From positions 75,127,551 to 75,189,989 of the forward strand of contig JASCQW010000099.1 of assembly GCA_030264375.1 (NCBI GenBank): a stretch of 62,439 nucleotides of DNA, read 5' to 3'. Positions 37,361 to 51,500 of this stretch are shown here, piece after piece (within the stretch, counting starts at the first letter, position 1; every line of letters starts with the position of its first letter). Origin of the DNA: Carcharhinus longimanus. Taxonomy: Eukaryota. The translations under genes were made by a program, and so were the position numbers. The notes beneath the pieces were generated by a model. That model had not been told where the DNA came from. It was given only the letters and a program-made list of their open reading frames with translations, and searched no databases.

Positions 37361-37949
37361 TCACATATTCATATTTCATACCTAAAAAGATTGGTGCTGG
37401 TTGCTTCTCTGGACTACATAATAGCAAGTGTACACAATATTTATTTAAATCAATTCATTCCATTAATTCTAATTACACTGTATGGCCCCTGTNNNNNNNN
37501 NNNNNNNNNNNNNNNNNNNNNNNNNNNNNNNNNNNCTTTGTGTCCTTCTCTTAAAAAGTAATCTGAACATTCTTCAGAAATGATTAGAAAATGCCTTTAT
37601 TTAAGGCAAGCTAAATGCATTTACTTAAACTTCAATGGATAACTCCCTTCCAAATGTGGTGAAGCAAGGAATTAGTGTTATTATCCAGATTAGTTTGTGC
37701 AGGGACTTTGTCCAACTTAGTATGCTCATTCACCTTTGATGTACTCTAGACATAAATAGTCGGCACAAGAAGAANNNNNNNNNNATGCTCAAGTCCTCCT
37801 GCAGGTAATCTTTAAAGCATGCACCTGATGATCAGTGAATTTTTGGTCATGGAAAGTTTACAACTTAATGAACTGGACAAAAATGGAACATTCAATAAAT
37901 TATACTAGCCTAATTTTTCTGCATGTTTTAATGTAGATAATGGATACTT

Positions 37950-38040
37950 CATCTGAAGAGTCATGTTTGACTCTAAATGTTAACTGCTTCTCTCCACAGA
38001 TGATGTCAGACCTGCTGAGTATTTCCAGCATTTTTTGTTT
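37950..38040 (+). mobile_element. Penelope-like terminal fragment of a second family, degenerate hammerhead
   Basis: ctgaaga-gtca-tgtt-tgac-tc-taaatgttaac…cagacctgctgagtatttccagcatttt. A reverse-oriented relative lies at 44255-44352. Confidence 0.55.
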
Positions 38041-38756
38041 TAAGAATGGATATTTTATAATTTGTTGATATCCCTCTACATTAATTTTCTTTTTGTTTGT
38101 ATTTTGCCCTAAATAACTAGCACCACAATGTTTCTGTGAAGTGCCTTGGGATATTTCATTGTGTTAAAGGTGCTATGTAAATTCATGTTGTTGAACAGGA
38201 GGCAAAAAAAATGCTGAAACATGTATGTCTAAATCTATACAATTTTATCCCAAAAATATTTATAAGTTAAACATAAAAAGCAATAAGCCCTGAGGAATAT
38301 TCAGTCATAGTGACTAAGTGACCATTAGAGCAAGACAGATTGAGCCCCAGACATCAGCATAAGTTTGCAACATTCTGAGACAGACTGCGCGAATCCAAAC
38401 ACAATCAAAATAAACTGTAGGACTTTAAATTCCACTGTGGCACAAAACAACCAGCTCAATATGTGCTTTATCGACCCGTCTCACGTCACAACCTTTACCA
38501 AATTTGGCAGTATTAAACTGAACAGTCAAATTTTTTACATCGGAATATTGGTTTTAAAATATGTACTTCAAACAATCTGTCTTATTCTGGTCATTCACCC
38601 TGCACCAAATAAAAACGACAACATTCTCTTACGAGATTTATACATCCACATTGTCTTTATGACAAAAACATTGAAAACTTTGTTTCGCTTTGATAGTTTT
38701 TCAAATATCACTGCTCTCACAACCCAGTTTTAATTACATGCATTCAATTTGCTTAC

Positions 38757-38901
38757 GTTCTTCATAGCTGTTGCTAGTGTTAGATCTCTTGAGCGTCTGA
38801 ATTTCCTGGGAAAGTATGGAAAGTCGGTCAGACTGTGTGGGTGTGTCATCTTCCTCAGGGTCAGGAGATTCTTGCATCATTTCCTCTATTTCCTCGATCA
38901 C
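38757..38901 (-). CDS. FEZ2: FEZ2 internal coding exon (145 nt)
   Basis: VIEEIEEMMQESPDPEEDDTPTQSDRLSILSQEIQTLKRSNTSNSYEE plus 1 nt; the TPTQSDRLS..SQEIQTLKRS segment is FEZ2-type. Acceptor ctttacaag|GTG, donor GAAC|gtaagc, phase 0/1. Confidence 0.96.
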
Positions 38902-39149
38902 CTTGTAAAGAAGCATGAAATTATGTTTTATAGCTGATTCAACATATTACCATTAGCTTTTAATGGCAGCTGCAGTACAAATAACAGTAATATACTTATT
39001 GTATTAATTTGATTTCTAAGTAAGTCTTTCATGCATGTACTGACTTACTCATGGGCTTATCCATATCAAAATACTTAATGCTAAAGAGCTTCCAACATCA
39101 ATGAGCTAAAGGCAAAGCTAAATGATGTAAAGGTAATCTACATCTCAAG

Positions 39150-42062
39150 TAGCTAGCTACAAACAAAGCAGCCTTCTCGAAGGTCAACCCATGGAAAGCA
39201 ATTGGGATACCCAAACAAGCACCCAGATCCTGCCTGGACCAGCTGCAGGGATATTCGCAAACATTTTCAACCTCTTTGGTACCGAGATGACAGTCACCGT
39301 CTTGAAGCGAAGAAAAGCCAGGGAGCATGCTTTAATGACTACTGTCTGGTGGCTCTGACATCCATCATTATGAAGTTCTTTGAAAGTTTAGTCATGACAC
39401 TAATCAATTCTGGCCTCCCAGATTGCCTAGATCAACTACAGTTCACCTACCGCTGCAATAGATCTACAGCAGATGTCATCTCCCTGGCCCTGCACTCAAC
39501 CCTGGGACACCTAGATAACAAAGACCCCTATGTCAGACTCCTATTTATTGACTACAGCTCAGCCTTCAACACCATTATTCCTACAAAACTCATCTCCAAA
39601 CTCTNNNNNNNNNNNNNNNNNNNNNNNNNNNNNNNNNNNNNNNNNNNNNNNNNNNNNNNNNNNNNNNNNNNNNNNNNNNNNNNNNNNNNNNNNNNNNNNN
39701 NNNNAATGAACAGATTGTCTTATGAGGGAAGATTGGATAGACTGGGCTTGTGTNNNNNNNNNNNNNNNNNNNNNNNNNNNNNNNNNNNNNNNNNNNNNNN
39801 NNNNNNNNNNNNNNNNNNNNNNNNNNNNNNNNNNNNNNNNNNNNNNNNNNNNNNNNNNNNNNNNNNNNNNNNNNNNNNNNNNNNNNNNNNNNNNNNNNNN
39901 NNNNNNNNNNNTTACACACACACTCACTCTCCCATACTCACACACACACTCACACACTTACATACTCANNNNNNNNNNNNNNNNNNNNNNNNNNNNNNNN
40001 NNNNNNNNNNNNNNNNNNNNNNNNNNNNNNNNNNNNNNNNNNNNNNNNNNNNNNNNNNNNNNNNNNNNNNNNNNNNNNNNNNNNNNNNNNNNNNNNNNNN
40101 NNNNNNNNNNNNNNNNNNNNNNNNNTTTAAGGTTAGGTTATGTGATGCAGAGGATATCATCTTTTTTATTCCAACTACCTCTGTCTGTCTGTTTAACTGA
40201 ATGGAATTTTAGTGTTCTGTAACAGCTGGGGTTCTCAGGAAGTCGAGGAGCAGTAATTTGTGTCAGTGTTGCAATAACTGCAATGGTAACATTGCAACAT
40301 GTGGTAAATATGCAAAAACATTACCTCAGCCCGCCTGGCTTTTACAACTGAAACTCCCAAAGAGAAACTGCAGCTCAAGAATCGAGTCATCTCACGACAA
40401 TGAAGATGTTTCTCTCACTCGTAAACCATTTCCACTGAATGATGTAAATTAACCAAATCCTGGTTTTCAAATATATTCACTGACCAGGAGAGGCAACGTC
40501 ACCAAAACAAATATTTAAACTCATTTGTTATATTCTGTTTTGCTACCTCTGATTTATTTGTTCAATAGTGTCTTCACTAAATGTCTTAGGGCACGGTGAC
40601 ACAGTGGTTAGCAATGCTGCCTCACAGCGCTAGGGACCCGGGTTCGATTCCTGGCTTGGGTCACTGTCTGTCTGCGTGGAGTTTGCATGTTCTCCCCGTG
40701 TCTGCGTGGGTTTCCTCCCACAGTCCGAAAAATGTGCTGGTTAAGTGCGTTGGCCTAAATTCTCCCTCAGCGTACCCCAACAGGCATTGGAGTGTGGCGA
40801 CTGGGGGATTTTCAAAGTAACTTCATTGCAGTGTTAATCTAAGCCTCGTGAAACTAATAAAATTGAGAAACTAGGGCAGAATTTTCGAGATCCTCTGAAT
40901 TTGAGACGAGAGGCTTACTGGTGTGCCGGTCTCCTGGGTCCATTCCCAGAGTTTGGGACCCAGATGCCTCTTCCAAAGGTCCGGTCACCAACTGGGATTC
41001 AATGTATTCTGGGAAGTTTCATCACATGACTTATGCCCACGCTCTAGCCATGAGGTGGCCAACACACCCCTGTGACTTCCCGCCTTCCTGCACCAATCGG
41101 AAAGCAAAAAGACTCATCACCCAATCGAATGACCCCCAAAAACTAACATCTTGAAACACGACAAAGGCTCCTACCCCAGCGACTACAGAAAGCCTAGTAA
41201 TCAGATTGCTCTGGAATGTGCAGCCAGCAGGAACTGGTTTGCCATGCCTGAGAGGACCTCATCAGAGGAAAAAGACTGCAGTAGAGGAACAAGCTGAAGA
41301 AATCTCTATGATATTCTCTGGGAATAAGCTCTCCCTCAGCGTCAACCAAATGAAAGAGATAGCCATCAACCTCAGGAAGAGTAAAGGAGAACATGCCCCT
41401 GTCTACATCAATGGGGACAAAGGAGAAATGGTCGAGAGCTTCAAGCTTTTAGATGTCCAGATCACCAACAACCTGTCCTGATCCCTGCAGGCCGACACTC
41501 ATTAAGAAAGACAGCCAACGCCTCTACTTTCTCAGAAGACTAAGGAAATTTGGCATGCCCGCTATGACTCTCACCAACTTTTACAGACGCACCTCAGAAA
41601 GCATTCTTTCTGATGGTATCACAGCTTGATACAGCTCCTGCTCTGTCCAAGACTGAAAGAAACTACAAAGGGTTGTAAACAAAGCCCAGTCCATCACTCA
41701 AACCAGCCTCCCACCCACTGACTCTGTCAACACTTCCCTCTGCCTCGGAAAAGCAGCCAGCATAATGAAGGACCCCACCCACCCGGACATACTCTCGTCC
41801 ACCTTCTTTCATTGGGAAAAAGAAACAGAAGTTTGAGAATACATATCAACTGACTCAAAAACAGCTTCATCCCTGCTGCCATTAGGCTTTCGAATGGATC
41901 TCCCTTTTATTAAGTTGATCTTTCTCTACACCCTGGCTACGACTGCTAACACTACATTCTACACTCTCTCCATTCCTTCTCTATGTTTAGTGTGCTTTGT
42001 CTGTACAGAGTGCAAGAAATAATACTTTTCACTGTATACTAATACGTGACAATAATAAATCA
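39150..42062 (+). mobile_element. Rex1/Babar LINE (RT 39150-39604; 3' part about 41240-42062) split by gaps and insertions
   Basis: [20 protein letters not shown]…[21 protein letters not shown], a Rex/Babar RT. The 3' tail is the same as at 1541-1586. Confidence 0.85.
40589..40862 (+). mobile_element. V-SINE, tail type B
   Basis: gggcacggtgacacagtggttagc…gggttcgattcc head, core and type B tail. Confidence 0.85.
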
Positions 42063-43169
42063 GAATGCAAAATTCTGGATTTTGTCAACACAAAATGCAG
42101 GAAAACTCATTCTTGGGAGTCTTCCAGGTCAGTAAAATGTGTGCCTATTCTATCAGCTGCATGCTTGGCTTGCAAGCAGATATACAAGACTTCTGAGAAC
42201 CCAGAAATAATGACATAATCTCAGTGCCTCTACACACTCATTTTGAGTCTCCTTTGTACAACAGGAAGGAACAATGTCTTCAATATGCAAACTGACAAAG
42301 AGCTTAGAAGTAGTTTTGTTTATTTGGACCCAAGTCAAGTCTTCTCAAAATAGCACCATTCTTAAGATAGAATGATTTCCATGCTCCATTCTGATGATTA
42401 AAGTTCTGGGTTGCTATAGTATCATGCCAATTATATAATGGATAGAAAGGTAGGCGACAGGGTTTTCTTACCACCCACATCCTGGAAAAAGCTGTGTGGA
42501 GAATTTCAGAGCCTGTTGTAAATTTTGTACAATGAGGAAATATCAACTAAAATTTAATCATGGATATTGCAAAGTATGGCTTAATTTTAAAATACCTAAA
42601 TTTACATGCACTAATACAAGGTACTTTGGGAAATTTAACTCATTTAAACTGCAGAGAGATTTCAACTCTTGGAGGTAACAGAATAACAAAAATGCTTTTC
42701 AAGAATTAAATTAAATTACCTCACATGCATTGCTGTGTAGCGTGAGCAAGAATGGATTATGAAATTTAGAACATGAAATAGAATTTCATGTAAAAGGTAA
42801 TTTGAGATGACACTACAAGCACCTAATGTGCTGAAAGCATAACCCATCACATTTGCATAACAGATGGATGTGTTTATAACAGCTCTAACAAATTTAATTA
42901 AATTTATAATTTTCTGCTCAATAACTGAATTGACAGCTATTTAACAACTTTTTGTAGCATTTATATCTCAACTTGGCTTTGTCAGAAATTCTTGTTTCTG
43001 AATCAGAAAAATTAGAGATTTAAGCCTCTTTCTAACAGATCAGCACTAAGGATGCAGGTGTGGAAAAATTTCATCAGACTACTGAAAGAGATGAAACAGT
43101 TTGACTCAGTTAATAACACTTCAAACATTTCTTATGTTAATTTCCAGACAGAGAGCTGGACATCACGAC

Positions 43170-44160
43170 AGGAATTCCTCGGGATAGTGTCCAAGGGCCA
43201 ACCACTTTTAGTTGTCTCATCAATTACCTTCCGTCCATCATTAGGTCAGAAATGGGGACGTTCGCTGCTGATTGCACAATGTTCAGCACCATTCATGATA
43301 CCTCAGATATTGAAGCCCATATGCATGACTTGGCTAACATTTCGGCTTGAGTTGATAAATGGCATGTGAGCCACACAAGTGCCAGGCAACAACCACCTCC
43401 AGGGAGAGAGAATCCAACCATCTCCCCTTGACATTCAATGGCACTACTAGACTTTCCCATTATTAACATCCTGGGGGTTACCATTGACCAGAAACTGGAC
43501 TGAACCAGCGATAAATACTATAGCTACAACAGAGTGTTCTGCAGAATTCACCCGATTGTTGAATCCTGCAGACAGTAATTCACCCCGTCTCCTTATCCAC
43601 CATCTAAAGATCCTTTACACAAGAAGCTGGACACCATCCAGGACAAAACAGCCAACTTGGTTGGCACCCCATCAACCACTGTCAACATTAACTACCTCCA
43701 CCACCTAAGTTCAATAGCAACAGTGTGTACCATCTACTAGGTACAACTCACCAAGGTTCCTTAGACAGCACCTCCAAACCCACGTTACTCATCATCCTGA
43801 CTTGGNNNNNNNNNNNNNNNNNNNNNNNNNNNNNNNNNNNNNNNNNNNNNNNNNNNNNNNNNNNNNNNNNNNNNNNNNNNNNNNNNNNNNNNNNNNNNNN
43901 NNNNNNNNNNNNNNNNNNNNNNNNNNNNNNNNNNNNNNNNNNNNNNNNNNNNNNNNNNNNNNNNNNNNNNNNNNNNNNNNNNNNNNNNNNNNNNNNNNNN
44001 NNNNNNNNNNNNNNNNNNNNNNNNNNNNNNNNNNNNNNNNNNNNNNNNNCTACACACAGACTACAACAGTTTGAAATGGCAGCTCACTATCAGTTTCTCA
44101 AGGACAATTAGGGGCGAGCAATAAATGCTGCTCTAGCTAGCAATGCCCACATCTCTTGAC
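43170..44160 (+). mobile_element. CR1/L2-group LINE 3' fragment spanning a gap
   Basis: RT remnants (gtgtccaagggcca…tcaattaccttcc…ttcgctgctgattgcaca) and the aataaatgctg…gcccacatc tail. Confidence 0.7.
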
Positions 44161-45662
44161 AGAATTAAGCTAGCCATCCATTTAATTTGCTATTCGTGTG
44201 ACCTTGTGGTATTTAACACCTTTCCATATTTGACTACAACAAGTCAATATATAACCAAAAGAGAAAATGCTGGAAAATCTCAACAGGTCTGGCAACATCT
44301 GTAAGGAGAGAAAAGAGCTGAAGTTTGGAGTCCAAATGACCTTTTGTCAAAGCGTCCAGCTTCCGTAGTAATTTGCTTTTAACAGTCAATATATTTTGCC
44401 TTGCAACGCAATTCTTTTTTCTTTTCCTGGGACACTAGTTACAGCTAGGTTTCATGTAGGCTTTGATTTAAAACAAATATATTGGAAGGCAGTGGTAGCA
44501 AGTAAGGATACTTTCTATTTCATTTTATCCAGATTCAACTAAACAGGAGTTAGTGCATCAAGGCATGAATTCCCTCTGCCCTAGAGATGGCAAATAACAA
44601 GAATCCCAATTGCCAGTGACTGGTCTACCCCCTCCAGGTGGCATAAATGAGCCCAGCTTGCTGATTAATCATCAAATGTGTACAGGTCTCACAGGCTCAG
44701 TTATCATCTTACCTAGTTCACCCCAAGGACTTGGTTCTAAAATACCATCGGGAGAGTTTCAACTTGCAGCTGGCCCCAAAGAAATATATTTTAACTCCTC
44801 ACAGATCCCTCAAGAAGAATGACATTAGAAAGCTATAAAGCTTAGATTTGAGCTCCTGCTCATGTCATCTACATACTGTGCCACAAAAGACATGGCTAAT
44901 AGACTGATTTTCTCTAGGGTACTGAGATAGGTCATTTCATTTTTTTTGTCAAAAACCTAACTCTCAGTTTTACCTACAGTCCTGCAAGTGGGAAAAACTA
45001 ACTCTTCTGAGGAATGCCATGGCATGCTGAAGCAAGAAAACTAATCCTAACATTTTACATACTGCCACCTAATCCTACATTGGAACTCTGGGCTTACTCA
45101 TCTGCATGCAGTCATAAGAAAGTGTTCTTTTATCCTAGAGGCTGAAATGGCACACAGGGTGCCCAGGCAAATCAACAGTTGGGATAAGTTTAACCTTCCA
45201 TTTGGAGCCACGAGTCAACATTTTCCATTGCTTAGTCAATTATTGAAGGTGATGAGTGGAGAGTTTTGAATCCAGAGGTGAATCTACTAATAACATAATA
45301 CCTTCAACAAAAGAACACCACACTGCTTTCTGAAATGTGTGGCACAAATACTGCAAAGCTGTCTTTCATGCTATGATTCAACATAGCAGTGGCTGTATCC
45401 TGAAATTATTAAATTCAAACTCTGGGTTTTTATTTGGCTGAAAAGAAGATTTTTTAGGCTAATGAAACTCGATCTTTCGACATTTTTCTGTCCACTACAT
45501 GTGCTTTAACTTCAGTAAGTTAACTTTAGGAAGTTAAAGGCTCTTTAAATTTTAGTTGAGAAATCGTCAAGAAAAAATGGGTAGAAAAAAGTAACATTGA
45601 AGATGAAACATCAAAATAGAACAAGAAAAATTGATAATAGAATTATTAGATTAGAATTATTA

Positions 45663-45958
45663 GGGGCAGCACAGTGGTTGGGGTGGCACAATGGTTAGCA
45701 CCGCTGCCTCATAGTGCCAGGGTCCCAGGTTCGATTCCTGGCTTAGGTCACCGCCCACGTGGGTTTCCTCTGGGTGCTGTGGTTTCTCCCCATAGTCCAA
45801 AGATGTGCGGATTACGTGGATTGGCCATGCTAAATTGCCCTTTAGTATCGGGGGGACTAGCTAGGGTAAATGCATGGGGTTATGGGTAGGATTGTGGTCA
45901 GTGCAGACTCGATGGGCCAAATGGACTCCTTCTGCACTGTAGGATTCGATGATTCTAG
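45663..45958 (+). mobile_element. HE1-like V-SINE, tail type A
   Basis: Head, core and gcagactcgatgggccaaatgg…ctgtaggattcgatgattct tail. Confidence 0.85.
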
Positions 45959-48437
45959 AACAGCAGGAGAAAACTAGAAGGACAGTTCAAGCAGAATTGT
46001 TGAGTACAAGCTCTAAAGGGTTAATATTCCAGTAACACTATAAACCTTGATATCAGAGTAATTTTATTATATCAGTCTTATTTTAGTGCTGCAGTATGGG
46101 AGCTGAAAATTGAAGTAGTTTTATTGTTGATACAATAAAGGAGAGTTTTCTCAGCTATTGTTATATGTTAAGCTTTATGACTCTGAAATAGGACAGTCAC
46201 TGGATCTAAAGGGGGATGAAAACCTTGGTTACAAAATTCATTCTTGATGAAGCACATTCAATTCTTTATTAGAGCGGTCAGTTTCTCTTGAATGTCGGGG
46301 CAGACAATATATGGAGCCATGTTTAAGAGTGACATGTATCAAATTAGATTATCGTGGGGAGATGGCAGCATAGTAGTAACCACTGGACTAATAATACGGA
46401 GGCTCAGGCAAATTTATGCCAGAAGAGAGAGTATAAAGGTAATCAAGCCTGGAGGTGACAAAACTTTCAGTGCTGGAAGGTTTAGTTAAGTTTGGAGGCA
46501 ATTATACTACCGATTGGGAAATAAATGGTCTGGGTGATCGATGGGAAGCAAGGTTTAAAGCAAAGCTCAGGGTCATACTGAATGGCATGCTTGTAATCAG
46601 TCTGGTTCAGCCTGGAAAAGTCAGTANNNNNNNNNNNNNNNNNNNNNNNNNNNNNNNNNNNNNNNNNNNNNNNNNNNNNNNNNNNNNNNNNNNNNNNNNN
46701 NNNNNNNNNNNNNNNNNNNNNNNNNNATACCTATGGCAGGTAGTGTCTCCCCCAAGACAGTGGCATCTGTGGTTGAGGTAGAAGACAACAATTTTGATCT
46801 TCTCAATGTTGAATTGGAGAAAGAAAATGCATGGGATACTTGCCTTTATTAGCCGATATGGCCACTCAGTTCAAGAGCAATTAGGGATGGGTAATAAATA
46901 CTGGCCCAGCCAGTGAATCCCATATCCCATAAATAAATAAAAATATATAAGAGCAAGAAAGTTACGATGGAGCTGTATAAAATGCTCATAAGGCCCAGCT
47001 AGAGTAGTGCGTAGTCTATTAAATTAATTTTATGGGATGTGGGTGTCACTGGCTAGGTCAGCATATATTGCCCACTCCTAGGTGGTGGTGAGCTACCACA
47101 CCCTCTGCATCAATGAACAGTGGTGGCAGCCATGTGTACAAGATGCACTGCAGAAACTCACCAAGACTCCTTCGGTAGCACCTTCCAAATTCACGAACAC
47201 TATCATTTACAAAGACAAGAGCAGCAGATACCCAGGAACACCAGCACCTGGAGATTCTCCTCCAAGTCACTCACCATCCTGACTTAGTGAAGGAACTGTG
47301 ATATATTTCTATTACTAGGTCAAAGTCCTGGCATCCCCTCCCTAACAACACATTGGGTGTACCTACAAAGATATAACAGTTCAAAAAAGCAACTCACACC
47401 ACCCTCTCAAGGGGATCTAGGGATAGATATTAAATGTTGGCCTAGTCAGCAACATCCACATCATTTAAACTTTTTTTATATAATGTCCACGAGTTGGCCA
47501 ACAGAGGTATTGAAGGAGAATGGCATGGCCACCCATGTTGAATGCTATGGAGAGGCTGAAGAGTACAAGGAGGGTTAATGTACTCTTAGCAGTCACGATG
47601 GACTTTACTGTTGAGTTTACAGCAAACTGCATACTCCTGCAAACTGTGGTTCACTCATCGACAGCCAATACATTTTTTTTAATTCAAAATTGGCATCAGG
47701 AAGGATTCACAAAAAGATGTAAAGATACTGAAGTTGTTTGTAATCAATGACCATTGACTTAGATCGGCCAATCAAGACAATACAACATTCAGCTCTAAGA
47801 AACGGGTTCCTACAATCAGAAGTTGAAACTGCTGAACTTTGCAGAAATACTCTCAACACTATCTTTTTGAAGAGAACACAATATTGAGATAGAGTAATTT
47901 TAGTCACTCGGTCATGAAGGGGCACAATATTCATATCAACTGACGCTGTAATAAAACAGAAACCTAACGCTGTCACTGCTGTCTGATTTGTTTATCAGGT
48001 TTACTGAATCCTACTTTTGACATGTTTAACTGGGCTGAGATTTAAAAACAGGATAGAATAACTTTAGCATAAATCAACAGGATAGAGAAACGGTGGACAA
48101 GATATTTTGCTAGGCATACTGAATGATGTGCAACCTCCGCCATGTAAAATTAGAGAAGCTGGGGAAGTGGATCATATTATGTCTGATGTGAGACAACACA
48201 GATATAATGGGGATAATATCTTGCTACAAACATACATCTATTTATCATTCTTTTCAATAAAAGACTGCTAATATTGAAACAATCAAATGAGCACTTTTAA
48301 GTAAATTAGTAAAATAACAGATACAATGACTTGAATAACTGAAAAGAGCTGAGATTAGGTCACACAATTTTAGTTGAACAATTACTTTGTTAATTAATTC
48401 ACATGATTTAAAAATATCTGTTTGAAACTGAAGTCAC

Positions 48438-48554
48438 CTGCTCAGCTGTGAAGAGTGGTTCATCGTTTATACAAGAGACGATAATGGAATGCATGTCCAA
48501 CTGATCCCGTAGCTCCTCGTCATCAGAAAGATCAAGGTTAAGGTTATCATTCAG
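48438..48554 (-). CDS. FEZ2: FEZ2 internal coding exon (117 nt, probably exon 3)
   Basis: Translates as LNDNLNLDLSDDEELRDQLDMHSIIVSCINDEPLFTAEQ, matching the FEZ-family SDDEELREQLDMHS motif. Acceptor ttttgttttctag|CTG, donor CAG|gtgact, phase 0/0. Too short for the ORF track. Confidence 0.95.
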
Positions 48555-49219
48555 CTAGAAAACAAAAATAAAATCAATGTTTAAATTGCCTAATCTTTGC
48601 TCACTGGAAAGCTAATAAATCAAAGTCTTCATTTATAATTCATCATATCTTTCACTTGCTTTTGTTCACTGCTGACGTTTTACTGCAGCCAATCATTAGC
48701 ACTATTGTCTATGTTGTATCACACAGGTATCAAAAAAGACCATATGTGATTACTTGAAGTGCAATGCTGTTCCAAATAGTAGTTTATGGGATAAGAACAT
48801 AAGAAGTAGGAGGAGTAGGCCATCTAGCCCTTCGAGCTTGCCCCACCATTCAATAAGATCATGGCTGATCTGAAGTGGCTCAGTTCCNNNNNNNNNNNNN
48901 NNNNNNNNNNNNNNNNNNNNNNNNNNNNNNNNNNNNNNNNNNNNNNNNNNNNNNNNNNNNNNNNNNNNNNNNNNNNNNNNNNNNNNNATCAGGAATTAGT
49001 ATTTCAGATGATTATCGCAAGATACTCAATTAAACAACACACCTATCTGCAGGATTGAAAATTAGGCTGATCTTTACTGGGCCCTAGGATATTGTTTGCT
49101 GATGAAACAGCTAATTACTGATAGTCATTCCCTTGAGGTTTAGAGGTCCAAACCAAGAGCAGTCATGAAAATTAAAGGTTTTTCTTATAAGTCAGTTGTA
49201 AATTTCCAACAATTGAACC

Positions 49220-49840
49220 ACTGGCCCTTCGTACCCTCAACATTTCTGCAGCTACCAATCTGTTCAACTACACCCTCACCTCCATCTCTGATGCTCTTTC
49301 CCTGCCTGTTTCCCTGATACATTCCTCAACTCTCCTCTACCCACCTCCAAAAACAAGTATGAGGAACTCATGAACTTTGGTCACTAAGATGGAGAATATC
49401 CACTCAGCTGTCTCTGCCACTTCTCTCCATTCCTCAACCCATCAAATGTTCAAGGTATCACTTGTCCCCTCACCATAATCTTGCACTTTTCTCTATATCC
49501 TGTTTTGCTCTAGGAGCTTCTTGTCCATGAAATCAACCCTTGCTTCGTGGATCCTATGCCCTCAAAACTGCTGACTACCCAAATTACTTCTTGGTCCTCA
49601 AGTAGCTAATATTCATAACTGTTCACTCTCTTCAGGCACTCTTCCCCTTATAATGTGGTCATCATCCCTCTTTCAAAATCCACCATGACCCTCTGTCCTT
49701 GCAAATTATTGCCCCATCCTTTCTTCTCCAAAGCCCCTGAACAAGTAGTCAATTCCCAAATCAGGGCCCAGCTTCCTCAAAACTCTACTTGGATCCCTTT
49801 CAACAGATTTTGGTACAACACCAAATGGTCCTAATCAAAA
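49220..49840 (+). mobile_element. Old L2 LINE ORF2 remnant
   Basis: gaccctctgtccttgcaaattattgccccat…ttcttctccaaagcccctgaa resembles the L2 motif LDPSVLANYRPI..FLSK.LE. Confidence 0.6.
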
Positions 49841-50829
49841 TCACTGGGTGAGAAAACAGTAGGTTTTTTCAATGAGTAAGTAACGTGAATCTCACGGGGT
49901 GGGGGGGCGCATGCTTGTGTGTGTGTATAGTCTCAGTTTGCATGGGAAGCCAGCTGAACTCTAGGTGCACCAATGCGCAGGGACCGCGATCTCCCAAGAC
50001 ATGGTCCACACCCCATCACACCTCAATTCCTCCCTGGCTGATAGCCACCCCCAAGCCCTGATTGCTGCCCCCACTGCTTAAGCACCCCCCTCCCTCCCAT
50101 CAGGCTCCTCCCATCATGGCCCTGTCCCTTTAGGCACAATCCCCTTCATGCCCCATGCACATTGCCTTCAAGTGAAGTAAAGCAGACATTCTTAGGCAAA
50201 CAATTTAAAAAATTAAAGTACAAAAACAATTTCATTCATAGACTATTAATATTTTAAATGTATTATTAGCAATAGCCAACAGCTATGAATAGACTATTTA
50301 AATCAGGACCAGGCCAGAATACACAAGCATTCTTTCTGAAGCTCTGTTGACAGCGGAAAAGTATTTAAAAACACCTCAGATTTCCTTTTATCTAAGGGAC
50401 ATTAATGAGGTTACAATTCACCAACTGGAATGAAAGAATTTTGTAAGTAAGATGAAAAATGAACTCTCAGTACCATGCTCTGCTACATCTTGCCTCAAAA
50501 TTCCATGTAACCTGCAGAAAAAGGATTCATAGTCCAGAAACTAACAACAGTACACCAATAGAAGACCACAGGTCTAGGGTCATGGGGAGACTAGCTACAT
50601 GGAAGGTATATGGAAACTGGTGTTACTGAGTGCGCTATACACCAAAAGAACTTTGTACTTTCAGGAAGTAAAGAAAATTTGGTAAAACTCAAGGGGAGTT
50701 AGCTAGAGAGTTTATCTTGATCTGTTTGGAAAAATCTATCTTTTTTTTACTAGCTACTTTGCTATTATTAATTCCCTCAGATTAATGAGGGGAAAGATAT
50801 TTAATGCCAAAGGCTTAAAGCCTTTTAAA

Positions 50830-51500
50830 GTCACAGTCAGAGTTTTACAACACAAAGATGCTATTCGGCCAACCATATCTGTGCCGGCCATCAACACCCA
50901 TCCACTCTAATCCCATTTTTTCACCACTTGTTCCCATAACCTTGTATGCAATGGCTCATCTAAATGCTTCTTAAATGCTGTGAGGATTCCAGATTCCCAC
51001 CACCAAATGGGTAAAAATGTTTTTCCTCAATCCCCTCTAAAACTTCTGTTTCTTACCTTAAATCTATGCCCCAGGTTATTGACCCCTCCAATAAGGATAG
51101 AAGTTTCTTCCTATCTACCCCTATCCATGTCCCTCAATTTTGTACACCATGATGAGGTTCCTCCCTCAGTTTTCTCCGCTCTAAGGAAAAAACCGCAGCC
51201 TATCCCTCTCTCTCTTCTTAGCTGAAACGTTCCAGCCCAGTCAACATGCTGGTGAATCTCCTCTGCACCCTTTCAAGTGCAACCACATACTTCCTAGTGT
51301 GGTGACCAGAACTATGCACAGTACTCTAGCTGTGGCCCTACAAGTGTTTTATGCAGCTTAACCTCCCTGCTCTTAAATTCTATGCCTCAGCTGATAAAAG
51401 TAAGTATCCCACGTATCTTTTTAACCACTTTATCTACCTATCTTGCTACCTTCAGGGATCTTTGGATATGTACCTCAAAGACCCTCTGTACTTCCTGGTG
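50830..51500 (-). mobile_element. CR1 LINE 3' fragment
   Basis: Homologous to 13660-14320 and 16130-16860. Confidence 0.8.

Noticed and set aside
40589-40660. tRNA gene-like A/B boxes here and in other SINE heads
   Set aside because: They continue directly into SINE core and tail, so they are not standalone tRNA genes.
35138-44111. Long ORFs containing X runs (35138, 39202, 39722, 43725 and others)
   Set aside because: Artefacts of reading through N gaps. The real parts are LINE remnants.
11357-48554. Calling the gene FEZ1
   Set aside because: The RFSMEG exon is FEZ1-like, but TPTQSDRLS, SHMPGT, YLTTVIPYEKK and VPSLLTDY match FEZ2.
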